DNA of 64,000 nt from a virus: IMG/VR virus record IMGVR_UViG_3300034060_000856, positions 1-64,000 of that record; one strand, given 5' to 3'. Within the stretch, counting starts at the first letter, position 1; every line of letters starts with the position of its first letter. Below the pieces are notes generated by a model, which worked only from the letters and a program-made list of their open reading frames with translations, was not told the DNA's origin and searched no databases. Below are positions 19,691-28,549 of this stretch, piece by piece. The position numbers and the translations under genes were made by a program.

Positions 19691-20458
19691 ATGAGAATAA
19701 AACCAGAAATAATGAAAAAATATCATAAAATAACAAAATTTTATGATTTAAAAACAATTTTTAAGTTTTTAGAGTTAATTAGACAATCCGGTATTATTAA
19801 TATGTTTACAGCCGCACCCTTTTTATATAATGGTAAGGAATTTCTAGAGAATGAAATAAAAAGATATTATGGTAATACTGGTGGATTTTCTTTATTTAAT
19901 GATGATGATGATGATGAAGACGAAGATGATGAAGATAAATTTAAAGAAGTAATTGATATGGCCGGTAAGGTTAGAGATCTTATGATTTATGGTGCAACGA
20001 AAATGATTACCGATACTGATTCAGAAAATTATATGTATAACATAAAAAGAAGGTTAATGCAAGATTCACAAGAAATAGTAAAAATCTGGATGAGTTTTAA
20101 AGGTAATGTAGTTAAAGAAAATGTTATAGTTGAATCTAAATACGACAAAAAAACTGCTGCAAAATTTCTTTTTAGACGAGTAACAAAAGAAGAACTTGAC
20201 GAAGAGTTTGAAGAAAACTATAAATATTTCCGTGATTTTTGGGGTCAACTTACACACAGAGACAAACCTTTTAGTGAGTTCAAAAGAATATATATCACAT
20301 ATATTATGGATTCAATACACGGAAAATTGATTGATGGTTTTTTAGATATAAAAGATGAAACTGGTGAACTTTATGATAATGTATTGAAAATAATAGATGA
20401 GATATATGGAGATCGTATTGCAAAACTATGGACTCAAAAAACCGGTGAAAGAGTTTAA
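19691..20458 (+). CDS. two-module protein with C-terminal RR module
   Basis: LE.IRQSG..NMF.A.P domain; C-terminal module shared with 47274..48071. Confidence 0.8.
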   Translation: MRIKPEIMKKYHKITKFYDLKTIFKFLELIRQSGIINMFTAAPFLYNGKEFLENEIKRYYGNTGGFSLFNDDDDDEDEDDEDKFKEVIDMAGKVRDLMIYGATKMITDTDSENYMYNIKRRLMQDSQEIVKIWMSFKGNVVKENVIVESKYDKKTAAKFLFRRVTKEELDEEFEENYKYFRDFWGQLTHRDKPFSEFKRIYITYIMDSIHGKLIDGFLDIKDETGELYDNVLKIIDEIYGDRIAKLWTQKTGERV

Positions 20459-20467
20459 ACTATTAAT

Positions 20468-20971
20468 ATGAATATTAGACAATCCATAAAAAAAATTCTA
20501 AAAGAAGAATTTAACCGTGAATCTAAAATATTCTCGGCCGTTGAAAAATATGGTATTATAAAAACTTGTGGAATGGTTGGTGGCATCAATCAACTCGCCA
20601 GTATATTAAATGAAACACCGGAAGGACTACTTACAAAGTACTTGAGTAAAGAAACATTCTCAACCAACGACATAGAAAAAAACACTGGTGGTTATAACTT
20701 TAAATTTAAATTACAATTTGTAGAAAAATATAACGATTATTATAATTTTTTCTTTGTGATAGAAGAAGGAACTGTTGAATTAATTATGACCGATGATGAC
20801 ACTGAATATAATTTATTTGGTAACTATATTAGAGAACTAGAAAGTTGGTGGGAAATAAAATATGAAATAAAAGACATATTATATGATTTTGTTAAAGAAC
20901 TTAACAATAAAATAAAATTTGATGATATCACAGTTAATGATGTTGATTACACCTTCAAAGACAAAAGATAA
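20468..20971 (+). CDS. leader-bearing protein (MNIRQSIKKILKEE)
   Basis: leader. Confidence 0.8.
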   Translation: MNIRQSIKKILKEEFNRESKIFSAVEKYGIIKTCGMVGGINQLASILNETPEGLLTKYLSKETFSTNDIEKNTGGYNFKFKLQFVEKYNDYYNFFFVIEEGTVELIMTDDDTEYNLFGNYIRELESWWEIKYEIKDILYDFVKELNNKIKFDDITVNDVDYTFKDKR

Positions 20972-21016
20972 AATCATGGTCTTTTTTAATCAAAATGTTT
21001 TTTCTATATTTCTTTT

Positions 21017-21316
21017 ATGGATCAAAGGACTATAAGGTATCTTGCTAGACGAACTAAAATACTTGATGATAAATTAAATCACCTTTTTAGACCGGAATTA
21101 AATGAATTTATGGATATATACATAGATTATTGTGATGAGAGTTTTGTTAATTTAATTTGTGAAATACTTAAACAAGAAATAGTTAAAGACATACCATTAG
21201 GAGATAATTTTCCATTTTCAAATGTGATTTTATATAGTTCAGTTAGTGAACACATAAAAACTACCTACCAAACAAGAATTACGGAGTATTACTTTCATAG
21301 AAAGACATATTTATAG
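21017..21316 (+). CDS. RR-family protein
   Basis: YLARR...I.EYY. Confidence 0.7.
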   Translation: MDQRTIRYLARRTKILDDKLNHLFRPELNEFMDIYIDYCDESFVNLICEILKQEIVKDIPLGDNFPFSNVILYSSVSEHIKTTYQTRITEYYFHRKTYL

Positions 21317-21318
21317 TT

Positions 21319-21645
21319 ATGCAAATTGTCCTTACAGAATCACAATATAATACACTAATAAGAAGATTAGATGACTTTGTTGTAATTGACAGACAGTTTA
21401 AATACCAGTTAAGACAAAAAATACCTTGTAATTTTACTGATTTTGAAGATTATTTTAATTTTGTTTCATATAGAACAGAAGATTATGTTACTAATAAATT
21501 AATAGAAAATAAAATAATTGAGTTTGATTTAGAATTATCAAATAAGATTAGAAGTGAGATTGAAAACTATATTAAGGATAATTTTTTAGAATACGCAAAA
21601 GAGTATTACGATTATTATAAAGAAAAAAACTGTCCGGAAGAATGA
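21319..21645 (+). CDS. leader + RR-family protein
   Basis: MQIVLTESQ; LIRR, PCNF. Confidence 0.8.
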   Translation: MQIVLTESQYNTLIRRLDDFVVIDRQFKYQLRQKIPCNFTDFEDYFNFVSYRTEDYVTNKLIENKIIEFDLELSNKIRSEIENYIKDNFLEYAKEYYDYYKEKNCPEE

Positions 21646-22004
21646 ACCTACAAGAGAACATAAGAAGAATATTAAAGGAAGAGGTAAATGTTCCTCCATA
21701 TATTAAAAGAAGATTGTATGTTGTTGATGAATACATTAGTGATTTAGATCCTGAAGATGTTTGTAGATATTGGGATGATAATCACGCTAAAGAATATGTA
21801 AACCAACATATGTCAGACATTGTTAGAAGTATTGTAGATTTTAGAATCCAAGTAAATGATGATGAATATACTGAAAAGTATGATGAAATATACGGTTCAT
21901 TAATTGATTTAGGGTACAGAGAAAAATTAGAAGATTTCTTCTACGAATCATTACAAAACTGTAACCCAAAACATAGGATGAGGTTTATGAAATCACAGCA
22001 TTGA
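21642..22004 (+). CDS. MNLQE leader + RR-family protein
   Basis: MNLQENIRRILKEE; IKRR. Confidence 0.8.
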   Translation: MNLQENIRRILKEEVNVPPYIKRRLYVVDEYISDLDPEDVCRYWDDNHAKEYVNQHMSDIVRSIVDFRIQVNDDEYTEKYDEIYGSLIDLGYREKLEDFFYESLQNCNPKHRMRFMKSQH

Positions 22005-22049
22005 CAATATGAATTAAAAGTGTTATAGTTTAACATAAAATTATAACAT

Positions 22050-22679
22050 ATGAACTTATTAGAATCGTTAGAGTGGAGATACGCCACCAAGAAAATGAAT
22101 GGGGACAAGATCCCACAGGATAAATTAGACAGAATACTTCAAGCAACAAGACTGGCACCAAGTTCATACGGATTAACACCGTATAATGTTATTGTTGTTG
22201 AGGACCAGAAACTAAAAGAGGAACTACAAGGAGCTTGTTACGGTCAAACACAGTTAACAGAATCATCGGCGGTTCTTGTATTTGCAACCTGGGATGATGT
22301 AACGGAAGACTCTGTTAATATCTATATCAATGAGATTGCAAGACAAAGAGAAATTCCTGTAGAATCATTAGAAGGAATGACAGGTATGATGAAGGGGTCA
22401 CTATCCAATATGACACAAGAACAAAAGATTTCCTGGGCACAAAGACAAGCATACATCGGTTTGGGGTTTGCATTAACAGCAGCAGCCACAGAAGAAGTAG
22501 ACTCAACACCAATGGAAGGATTTAATCCGCCAGCAGTAGATAAAATATTAGGATTACAGGAACACGGATTAATGTCTGTAGTTGTATTACCATTAGGATA
22601 TAGAGATAGTGAAAATGACTACCTTTCAAATGCTAAAAAAGTAAGATGGGAGGATAGTATGTTTTTTATTAGAAAATAA
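22050..22679 (+). CDS. NAD(P)H-dependent nitroreductase (NfsB-like)
   Basis: WRYATK, LAPSS.G..P, QAYI.LG, DSTPMEGF, LGYR, K.R. Confidence 0.93.
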   Translation: MNLLESLEWRYATKKMNGDKIPQDKLDRILQATRLAPSSYGLTPYNVIVVEDQKLKEELQGACYGQTQLTESSAVLVFATWDDVTEDSVNIYINEIARQREIPVESLEGMTGMMKGSLSNMTQEQKISWAQRQAYIGLGFALTAAATEEVDSTPMEGFNPPAVDKILGLQEHGLMSVVVLPLGYRDSENDYLSNAKKVRWEDSMFFIRK

Positions 22680-22694
22680 TTCATATCTTTGTGT

Positions 22695-22973
22695 ATGAAC
22701 AAATACGAAAGAGCATTAATTAGAAGATTAGAGTGGATTGATGAACAGGCCAAATCTGTTATTCCCCAACAATTTGACAGGTTTGATCATATGGGTGAAG
22801 AGTATTTTCTTAAAACAACAATTAATATAATTTTATTTAGGATTCGTAATATTGGTTTTATAACTCTAAATGATGGGAACCAGGAATATCACAGATCAGC
22901 CAGAAAATTTGTAACTGAAAGATATGAAAAAGAAATAAGGGAGTATTTTCACAACATAAAAAATAATGTATGA
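22695..22973 (+). CDS. RR-family protein, no leader
   Basis: LIRR...EIREYF; TATCTTTG upstream. Confidence 0.7.
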   Translation: MNKYERALIRRLEWIDEQAKSVIPQQFDRFDHMGEEYFLKTTINIILFRIRNIGFITLNDGNQEYHRSARKFVTERYEKEIREYFHNIKNNV

Positions 22974-23287
22974 AGCGCTCAAAGTTAGAACTTTCCTTAA
23001 TTAGACGATCCGAAACTATTTTTGAACAAATAGAGGAAGTTATGATGTCACTAAAAGATTCAAAAAGAGTACAAATAAATTCATCATCTCATTTTATGGA
23101 AATAGTTTCAAGAAGAGTTAGACCTTGGATTATCTGGGAATTAATGGATAATGGTTTTAAATTGGAAGATAATAACATTGCTACTTATGTTGAGTTTAAT
23201 AATTTTATTGAGGATTATCTTAAAGAAAGATATGGTCACGAAATGGATGGATTTTATAGATGGAGAATCAAAGACAGAACAAAATAA
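22970..23287 (+). CDS. RR-family protein
   Basis: LIRR...ERYG. Confidence 0.7.
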   Translation: MKRSKLELSLIRRSETIFEQIEEVMMSLKDSKRVQINSSSHFMEIVSRRVRPWIIWELMDNGFKLEDNNIATYVEFNNFIEDYLKERYGHEMDGFYRWRIKDRTK

Positions 23288-23292
23288 TCCAT

Positions 23293-23580
23293 ATGACTAA
23301 ACACGAAAAATCTATAATTAGAAGAACTGAAATTATTGATGAGGTTTTTTATGAACATTTAAATAACAATAGCTCAATAGATCTGATTAAAATAGTGAAC
23401 CTTAATTTTACTCGGTGGAGTAGAAACATAATTGCAACAACAACAAACGATATTATGTTACATAGTTTTTATGTTAAACCGTGGGAAAATGACGCAAAAG
23501 ATATTTTTAATGACATATATAGTTTCATAGAAAATAAATATAGATACGAACTTGAATTATTTTATAATATTGTAATATGA
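23293..23580 (+). CDS. RR-family protein
   Basis: MTKHEKSIIRR, 5' end shared with the next gene. Confidence 0.75.
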   Translation: MTKHEKSIIRRTEIIDEVFYEHLNNNSSIDLIKIVNLNFTRWSRNIIATTTNDIMLHSFYVKPWENDAKDIFNDIYSFIENKYRYELELFYNIVI

Positions 23581-23903
23581 CTAAACACGAAAAATCTATA
23601 ATTAGAAGAGCTGAAGTTATTGATGATGTTTTTCACAACTGGTTAAATTCTGGTGGTGCTAGAAACTTAGTAAGGTCACTTGATTATCATAGGTGGGAAG
23701 AAGGATTATTACACGAGGTATCATATCACATTATGGTAGAATCTCTAAAAATGAATATCTATGATATAGTTCTTAACCCAACAGATGAAATGAAGATAAT
23801 TCATTCAAATTTGTGCACCTTTATAAGAAATAGACACAGAGACAAAATGAGAGACAAACATAGATTCTATAAGAACAGATTTAGAGAAACACATTATAGT
23901 TAA
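23577..23903 (+). CDS. RR-family protein
   Basis: MTKHEKSIIRR. Confidence 0.75.
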   Translation: MTKHEKSIIRRAEVIDDVFHNWLNSGGARNLVRSLDYHRWEEGLLHEVSYHIMVESLKMNIYDIVLNPTDEMKIIHSNLCTFIRNRHRDKMRDKHRFYKNRFRETHYS

Positions 23904-23913
23904 AGATAATACA

Positions 23914-23944
23914 AAAAGGGAAATCAAAACTGGTTTCCCTTTTT
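23914..23944 (+). terminator. intrinsic terminator
   Basis: aaagggaaa/tttcccttt. Confidence 0.8.
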
Positions 23945-23966
23945 GTTTTCCATATATTTATACAAT

Positions 23967-24281
23967 ATGAACCTACAAGAATCCATAAGAAAAGTATTAA
24001 GGGAAGAACTAAAATCAAAATTCTTTCTTAGGAGAATTAAATTAAATGATGTTAAAAGAATACTTCCACTTAATGCAGAACAGGTGTATTATGAAACGGA
24101 AAGTTATGGACAGTTCAAATATGAATTAACTTTAAGAGCTGTAGAAACAATTATGTACAATGAGTATGATATGGGGTGGGAAGATCTACCACAACAAGAA
24201 GAAATAGATTTTGTAACAGATGTTTCAGATATGTTTGATGACAAAATTAAATCATTATACAACCACTACAAAGAAAGATAA
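23967..24281 (+). CDS. MNLQE leader + RR-family protein
   Basis: TATTTAT at 23955; leader. Confidence 0.8.
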   Translation: MNLQESIRKVLREELKSKFFLRRIKLNDVKRILPLNAEQVYYETESYGQFKYELTLRAVETIMYNEYDMGWEDLPQQEEIDFVTDVSDMFDDKIKSLYNHYKER

Positions 24282-24622
24282 TGAACCTACAAGAATCCAT
24301 AAGAAGAATATTAAGGGAGGATACTATTAATATTGCAACAATCCTACGCAGAGTTAATTCTGATGATTTAGAAAGAGAGTTTGAGGAGTCATTAGACATG
24401 GCATCAACGTGGTTTTTAAATTTGACTTTCAATGGATTGGCTGTGAATTTAAACAGATTTATAGATGTGGCAATTTCAAATACAATTGACGGAATCCACC
24501 ATGACTTATACAGTACATTACCGGAAGATGTCCAATGGTATGAAGATGTTAAAGAAACTTTAAAAGAATATTATAGAGATAGAATCAAGGTTACATATAA
24601 AAGATTAATGTCAGAACTATAA
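24281..24622 (+). CDS. MNLQE leader + RR-family protein
   Basis: leader; ILRRV...L..EF. Confidence 0.8.
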   Translation: MNLQESIRRILREDTINIATILRRVNSDDLEREFEESLDMASTWFLNLTFNGLAVNLNRFIDVAISNTIDGIHHDLYSTLPEDVQWYEDVKETLKEYYRDRIKVTYKRLMSEL

Positions 24623-24623
24623 T

Positions 24624-25355
24624 ATGAACCTACAAGAAAACATAAGAAGAATATTAAGGGAAGAATTTAAATTACCTAATTTGATTAGAAGAAGATTTAA
24701 TGAAGAAGAACTTGATAAATTAGTCTCCAATGTAGAGAGAACATTTGAGACACACAGAATTTCCCAACAACACAGAGAAGATGTAATAGATGCCGAAGTA
24801 GATGACTTTATTATGAATAGTGTTTATTATGGTGAATTTGAGGACTTTGACGATGAAATATACCAAGATATATATAATCTGTACAGAGAACCATTGGTTA
24901 ATTATATAAAATCAAAATTAGATATGAACCTACAAGAATCCATAAAAAAAGTATTAAGGGAAGAACTAAATAATAGGGGTGACTGTAATATTATGTATGT
25001 TCCAGAACAATTTAGTAAATTAGATAGGTTTTCAAATCTGTGGGATATGGTGGTTAATGAAATTGATGAATTGATAGAAGTTTCTCAATTAGAAAAAGAA
25101 TTATTACCAAAAGACATTACAGTATATTCAGTTCAAGAAAAGTTTGATATAGAATACGTAAAAAGAATGGACGATGAAAGATACAATAAATCTGATATTA
25201 GTTTGTTCAAATATAAAAATAAATTATACATAATAGATGGGCATCATAGATTATGTTATGATAGATTAAATAATAGAGATTCCTATGTTTATATCTTTGA
25301 TAAAGATGACAGTCAAATTGTTGATTGTATATTTTACGGTATAGGAGATTGTTAA
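24624..25355 (+). CDS. two fused cassettes: leader-RR module + leader-ParB/Srx-like domain
   Basis: second MNLQE leader in frame at 24924; YIIDGHHR. Confidence 0.8.
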   Translation: MNLQENIRRILREEFKLPNLIRRRFNEEELDKLVSNVERTFETHRISQQHREDVIDAEVDDFIMNSVYYGEFEDFDDEIYQDIYNLYREPLVNYIKSKLDMNLQESIKKVLREELNNRGDCNIMYVPEQFSKLDRFSNLWDMVVNEIDELIEVSQLEKELLPKDITVYSVQEKFDIEYVKRMDDERYNKSDISLFKYKNKLYIIDGHHRLCYDRLNNRDSYVYIFDKDDSQIVDCIFYGIGDC

Positions 25356-25356
25356 T

Positions 25357-25956
25357 ATGAACCTACAAGAATCCATAAGAAGAATATTAAGGGAAGAACT
25401 AGACTCTGATGATATTAAATCCAGACAAGACGAGGCTGCCGAGTTAATAAAACAATACGGTCACTATTCCTCACCTGACTTACGATATATCACTCGACCA
25501 CTATACGCATACATTGAGAACCAAAACTTTGGGAGATTAAAGGAATTGGGGGTTAAATATAGATTTACACCAATCGGTGAGATTAATTTAAATGGTGCAT
25601 TATCCAGGTTTATAAAAGAAAGGGGTGTCTTTAATGGTATTGGTGGTAATATAATAAGGTTATACAATGATGAACCGGTAACAAAGAGTGATATTTCAAG
25701 AATAAAAAGAAAGATCCAGGATATTATAAATGAGTTCAATACAAAGTTAAGAACAAACTATCAGATTGATGGTGTTGTTGGTGATAAGAGTTCCGACACA
25801 TTAAGAAATCAATTAAATCAAAAATTAACAGATGGTGAGTACAATATAGAACCAACATATAATAATATTGGTATAAAAATTTCAAGAGGGTTTGAGGATG
25901 AATATCTGGCAACCATACCAATGGATGAAATTGATAAACCACAGATGTTAGATTAA
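25357..25956 (+). CDS. MNLQE leader + unknown domain
   Basis: leader. Confidence 0.8.
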   Translation: MNLQESIRRILREELDSDDIKSRQDEAAELIKQYGHYSSPDLRYITRPLYAYIENQNFGRLKELGVKYRFTPIGEINLNGALSRFIKERGVFNGIGGNIIRLYNDEPVTKSDISRIKRKIQDIINEFNTKLRTNYQIDGVVGDKSSDTLRNQLNQKLTDGEYNIEPTYNNIGIKISRGFEDEYLATIPMDEIDKPQMLD

Positions 25957-26000
25957 ATTAGTATAATAGGTAAAAACATTACAACATACTCACTCATTAC

Positions 26001-26029
26001 AAAGGGAGACCTCACACGGTCTCCTTTTT
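26001..26029 (+). terminator. intrinsic terminator
   Basis: aaagggagacc/ggtctccttt. Confidence 0.8.
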
Positions 26030-26585
26030 CATTCATTCATATCTTGTATTATTTTCCCCCATCTATTACATAAGCCCCCATCTTTTAATTAGTTCCCCCC
26101 ATTTAGTATGACCAATAAGGTACACAAATATAATAACACATAGAGTATAATGGTGAGGTGTTCTAAATTATATTCATAAACATATAATTGATTATAAATG
26201 AGATGAATTATATGAAAGAACATATAGTATTATATTTTGGTGTCGTAGTGAGAGGGATAATTAGTTGTATCACCATAGTAAGGTTTCACCTTATAACAAA
26301 GATACAAAATATATCCCATTTTTTACCACTTTAATTTCCTTTACTATGTGTTTATTTTTGTGTAGATTTAAAGGGTCAATTGTTTAAGGATCCCATAAAT
26401 GGGTCGTTGAAGATGTCTTTTTAATGATCTATAAGTGATCTACAAACAACATAAATGTCTATCTCCGGCCTCTGTACTCTAACGTACCTTTTTTACTGGG
26501 AAATAGGTATAGTAAAAAAAGTGGTCTTCTAGATATCAAAAACAAGGATAAATCGGTGTTCTATATATCAGGGGGACACATTATG

Positions 26586-26636
26586 GTGGGAGAAAGTGGT
26601 AAGTATATACACAATAAAAGTGGGAGAAAGTGGGGA
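26586..26636 (+). repeat. GTGG boxes in 10-bp phase (gtgggagaaagtgg x2)
   Basis: GTGG at 26586/26596 and 26620/26630; inverted pair near 26315-26332. Confidence 0.65.
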
Positions 26637-26723
26637 AGGGGATTGTGTGGTGTTTAACTCGTGACTGACATTTTGACAAAAACAAATAATTTAGTAGATA
26701 TTTATTAATAAAAACCCCATCTT

Positions 26724-27011
26724 ATGACATCAATAATGGACATCTTTATGGTAAACACAACAGAAAATGACGGTACCGTAACCGTGACATATTGTCACAA
26801 CTTGTACTCCGGGTCTTGTACATACAAATTAGTAACCCTTCAAGGAAAAAAATTAAGACAGGAGATTGAGTTATTAAGAAGTGTAGATATGGATGACATA
26901 CTGGAATGTCTATATAAAGAGGGGGAAATAACCGGACCAGATTGTTATGAGAGAATAAGGGGAGAAATTATAAATCATTCCCTCCACCAGGTTCAATCCC
27001 GGAATAAGTGA
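26724..27011 (+). CDS. hypothetical protein
   Basis: TATTTAT upstream; ATG ORF. Confidence 0.55.
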   Translation: MTSIMDIFMVNTTENDGTVTVTYCHNLYSGSCTYKLVTLQGKKLRQEIELLRSVDMDDILECLYKEGEITGPDCYERIRGEIINHSLHQVQSRNK

Positions 27012-27123
27012 TCTATTAAAGATCCGGCCAGAATAACTGTAAGTAATAACCATATCATTGTGAACATAAAAAAAGATAGGGGAAATATATAACTTTTTCA
27101 ATAGTGACGTATATTTATTATAA

Positions 27124-27269
27124 GAGTTCATTTTCCCCACAGTGTCGTAGACCGACACGTTAGTGAAGTAGGGAATTAGTTGTTCAAAGTCCTGGCGACT
27201 TGCAAAGATCAAGATGAATCTGAAACAACCTAATTTCTAATCCCCCTCAAATGGGTGGGGAATTTTTTT
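27124..27269 (+). ncRNA. putative structured ~145-nt RNA
   Basis: TATTTAT at 27112, no ORF; stems ttccccac/gtggggaa, gtgtcg/cgacac, tagggaattagttgttca/tgaaacaacctaatttcta, aagtc/gactt; ends in a T run. Confidence 0.65.
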
Positions 27270-27389
27270 ATGTCTTATATTTTTATAAGATGTTATGGAG
27301 TGTTCTAACCGACCACGCACGTGGGAGTCCACCCTCTGCGATCCCCAATACCTAGACCGAACCCGTCGTCGTTACTAACATAGACAATA

Positions 27390-27421
27390 CAAAGATACAA
27401 ATAATAATTGACATTAACAAA
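27390..27421 (-). promoter_or_regulatory. Bacteroidota promoter driving a GC-rich non-coding tract
   Basis: minus strand TTTG-N20-TATCTTTG. Confidence 0.7.
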
Positions 27422-27456
27422 GAATATGGTATTTATTTAATATAAAATACATTACT

Positions 27457-27909
27457 ATGGGATCCAGACTAGAAAACATTTCAGACGAACAACTAAAGAA
27501 GTATATGAAGTATGTATATAAAGTAATTGGGGCTTTTGAATTTGATGGTCCTGATCAATTATATTACTACGATAATATAACTACAATCTTCTCCCCCTTT
27601 GGTGGTAACATTAAAAGGTTGGATATTGAATACCTTTATTATGTGTTAAAGAACAACCCATTCTATTTTAAGGAGGGTTACCCAATTAATAGACCTACAC
27701 TTGTTGATCACGATTTACTTTATACAGTCAGGGAGTCACAGGTGGTTGAGATATATTATAACGGGGAGATTGAAACGTACATACCAGATGATCTGGAAGA
27801 AGAGTACCTCACCAAACTAACTGATGATCTGATTATTAACCCACGAACCTGGAACATAGACAGTGAGATTACTGATTCGGAATGGTTAAGTGATGATTGG
27901 GACTTTTAA
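27457..27909 (+). CDS. acidic protein, paralogue of 33696..34169
   Basis: S(R/K)LEN.SD..L.KY, RLDIEY..YVLK, W. Confidence 0.8.
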   Translation: MGSRLENISDEQLKKYMKYVYKVIGAFEFDGPDQLYYYDNITTIFSPFGGNIKRLDIEYLYYVLKNNPFYFKEGYPINRPTLVDHDLLYTVRESQVVEIYYNGEIETYIPDDLEEEYLTKLTDDLIINPRTWNIDSEITDSEWLSDDWDF

Positions 27910-27913
27910 TTAA

Positions 27914-28080
27914 GCCCTACCCTATATGACCCCTATGACCGGGGGGCGTATGATATAACCTGGGGGCCCCCTCCCGTATCCCCCCCATATATGACATTTT
28001 GACAGGTAGATAGGGGGCTCAATCCCAAAAGCGAAATATTCGTAAAAAAATTTCTGGAAAAAATTTTGGGAAAATCCGGT
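27914..28080. other. GC homopolymer/palindrome island (candidate origin or packaging site)
   Basis: G6, gggggccccc, C7, then A/T tracts, in an AT-rich genome. Confidence 0.4.
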
Positions 28081-28124
28081 TTATGTTTCCCCCAATTATT
28101 ATAACGTGGGTATATTTATCTTAT

Positions 28125-28532
28125 ATGAAAAGAATTGTAAGACTTACTGAATCTGATTTAACTAGAGTAATTAAAAAAATTATCTCTGAATCAGAGAAAG
28201 CCCCATCAATACAAAAGGTCTATAATAAAATATATAAAGTTTTAGAAAATATGGGGTTGTCTAAATTTAATGATGACTTTGATATATATTATATCCAAGA
28301 TGATATTCGGACGGAATATCCTGGTCCTGCAAGAAACTACGGTAAGTATGTAGGAAAATACCTATTTAAGGTGGCCTTTTATTTAGAAGATGGTGAAGAT
28401 GATATTAATATAAAAATGATTTCAAAAAAAGTTATCGATGAATTAAATAATGAGTTTGGTAATGAGTTCTTTGAATTGGGAAATTTATATAAAGAACATT
28501 TTTTAATAAAGTTCAATAAGTTGGCACTATAA
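28125..28532 (+). CDS. leader-bearing protein (MKRIVRLTESDL)
   Basis: leader plus TATTTAT. Confidence 0.8.
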   Translation: MKRIVRLTESDLTRVIKKIISESEKAPSIQKVYNKIYKVLENMGLSKFNDDFDIYYIQDDIRTEYPGPARNYGKYVGKYLFKVAFYLEDGEDDINIKMISKKVIDELNNEFGNEFFELGNLYKEHFLIKFNKLAL

Positions 28533-28549
28533 AATATTTTCCACAAAAC

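Noticed and set aside
22001-22029. Canonical TTGACA-N17-TATAGT promoter suggesting a non-Bacteroidota host
   Set aside because: Isolated instance in AT-rich DNA, outweighed by many Bacteroidota-type promoters and the T9SS CTD.
21642-25400. MNLQE repeats as a CRISPR array or DGR
   Set aside because: The repeats are coding and hundreds of bp apart; there is no cas or reverse transcriptase gene in the window and no adenine-specific TR/VR pattern.
27124-27269. tRNA, hammerhead ribozyme or retron msr-msd
   Set aside because: No cloverleaf or T-loop, no CUGANGA core, and no RT nearby.
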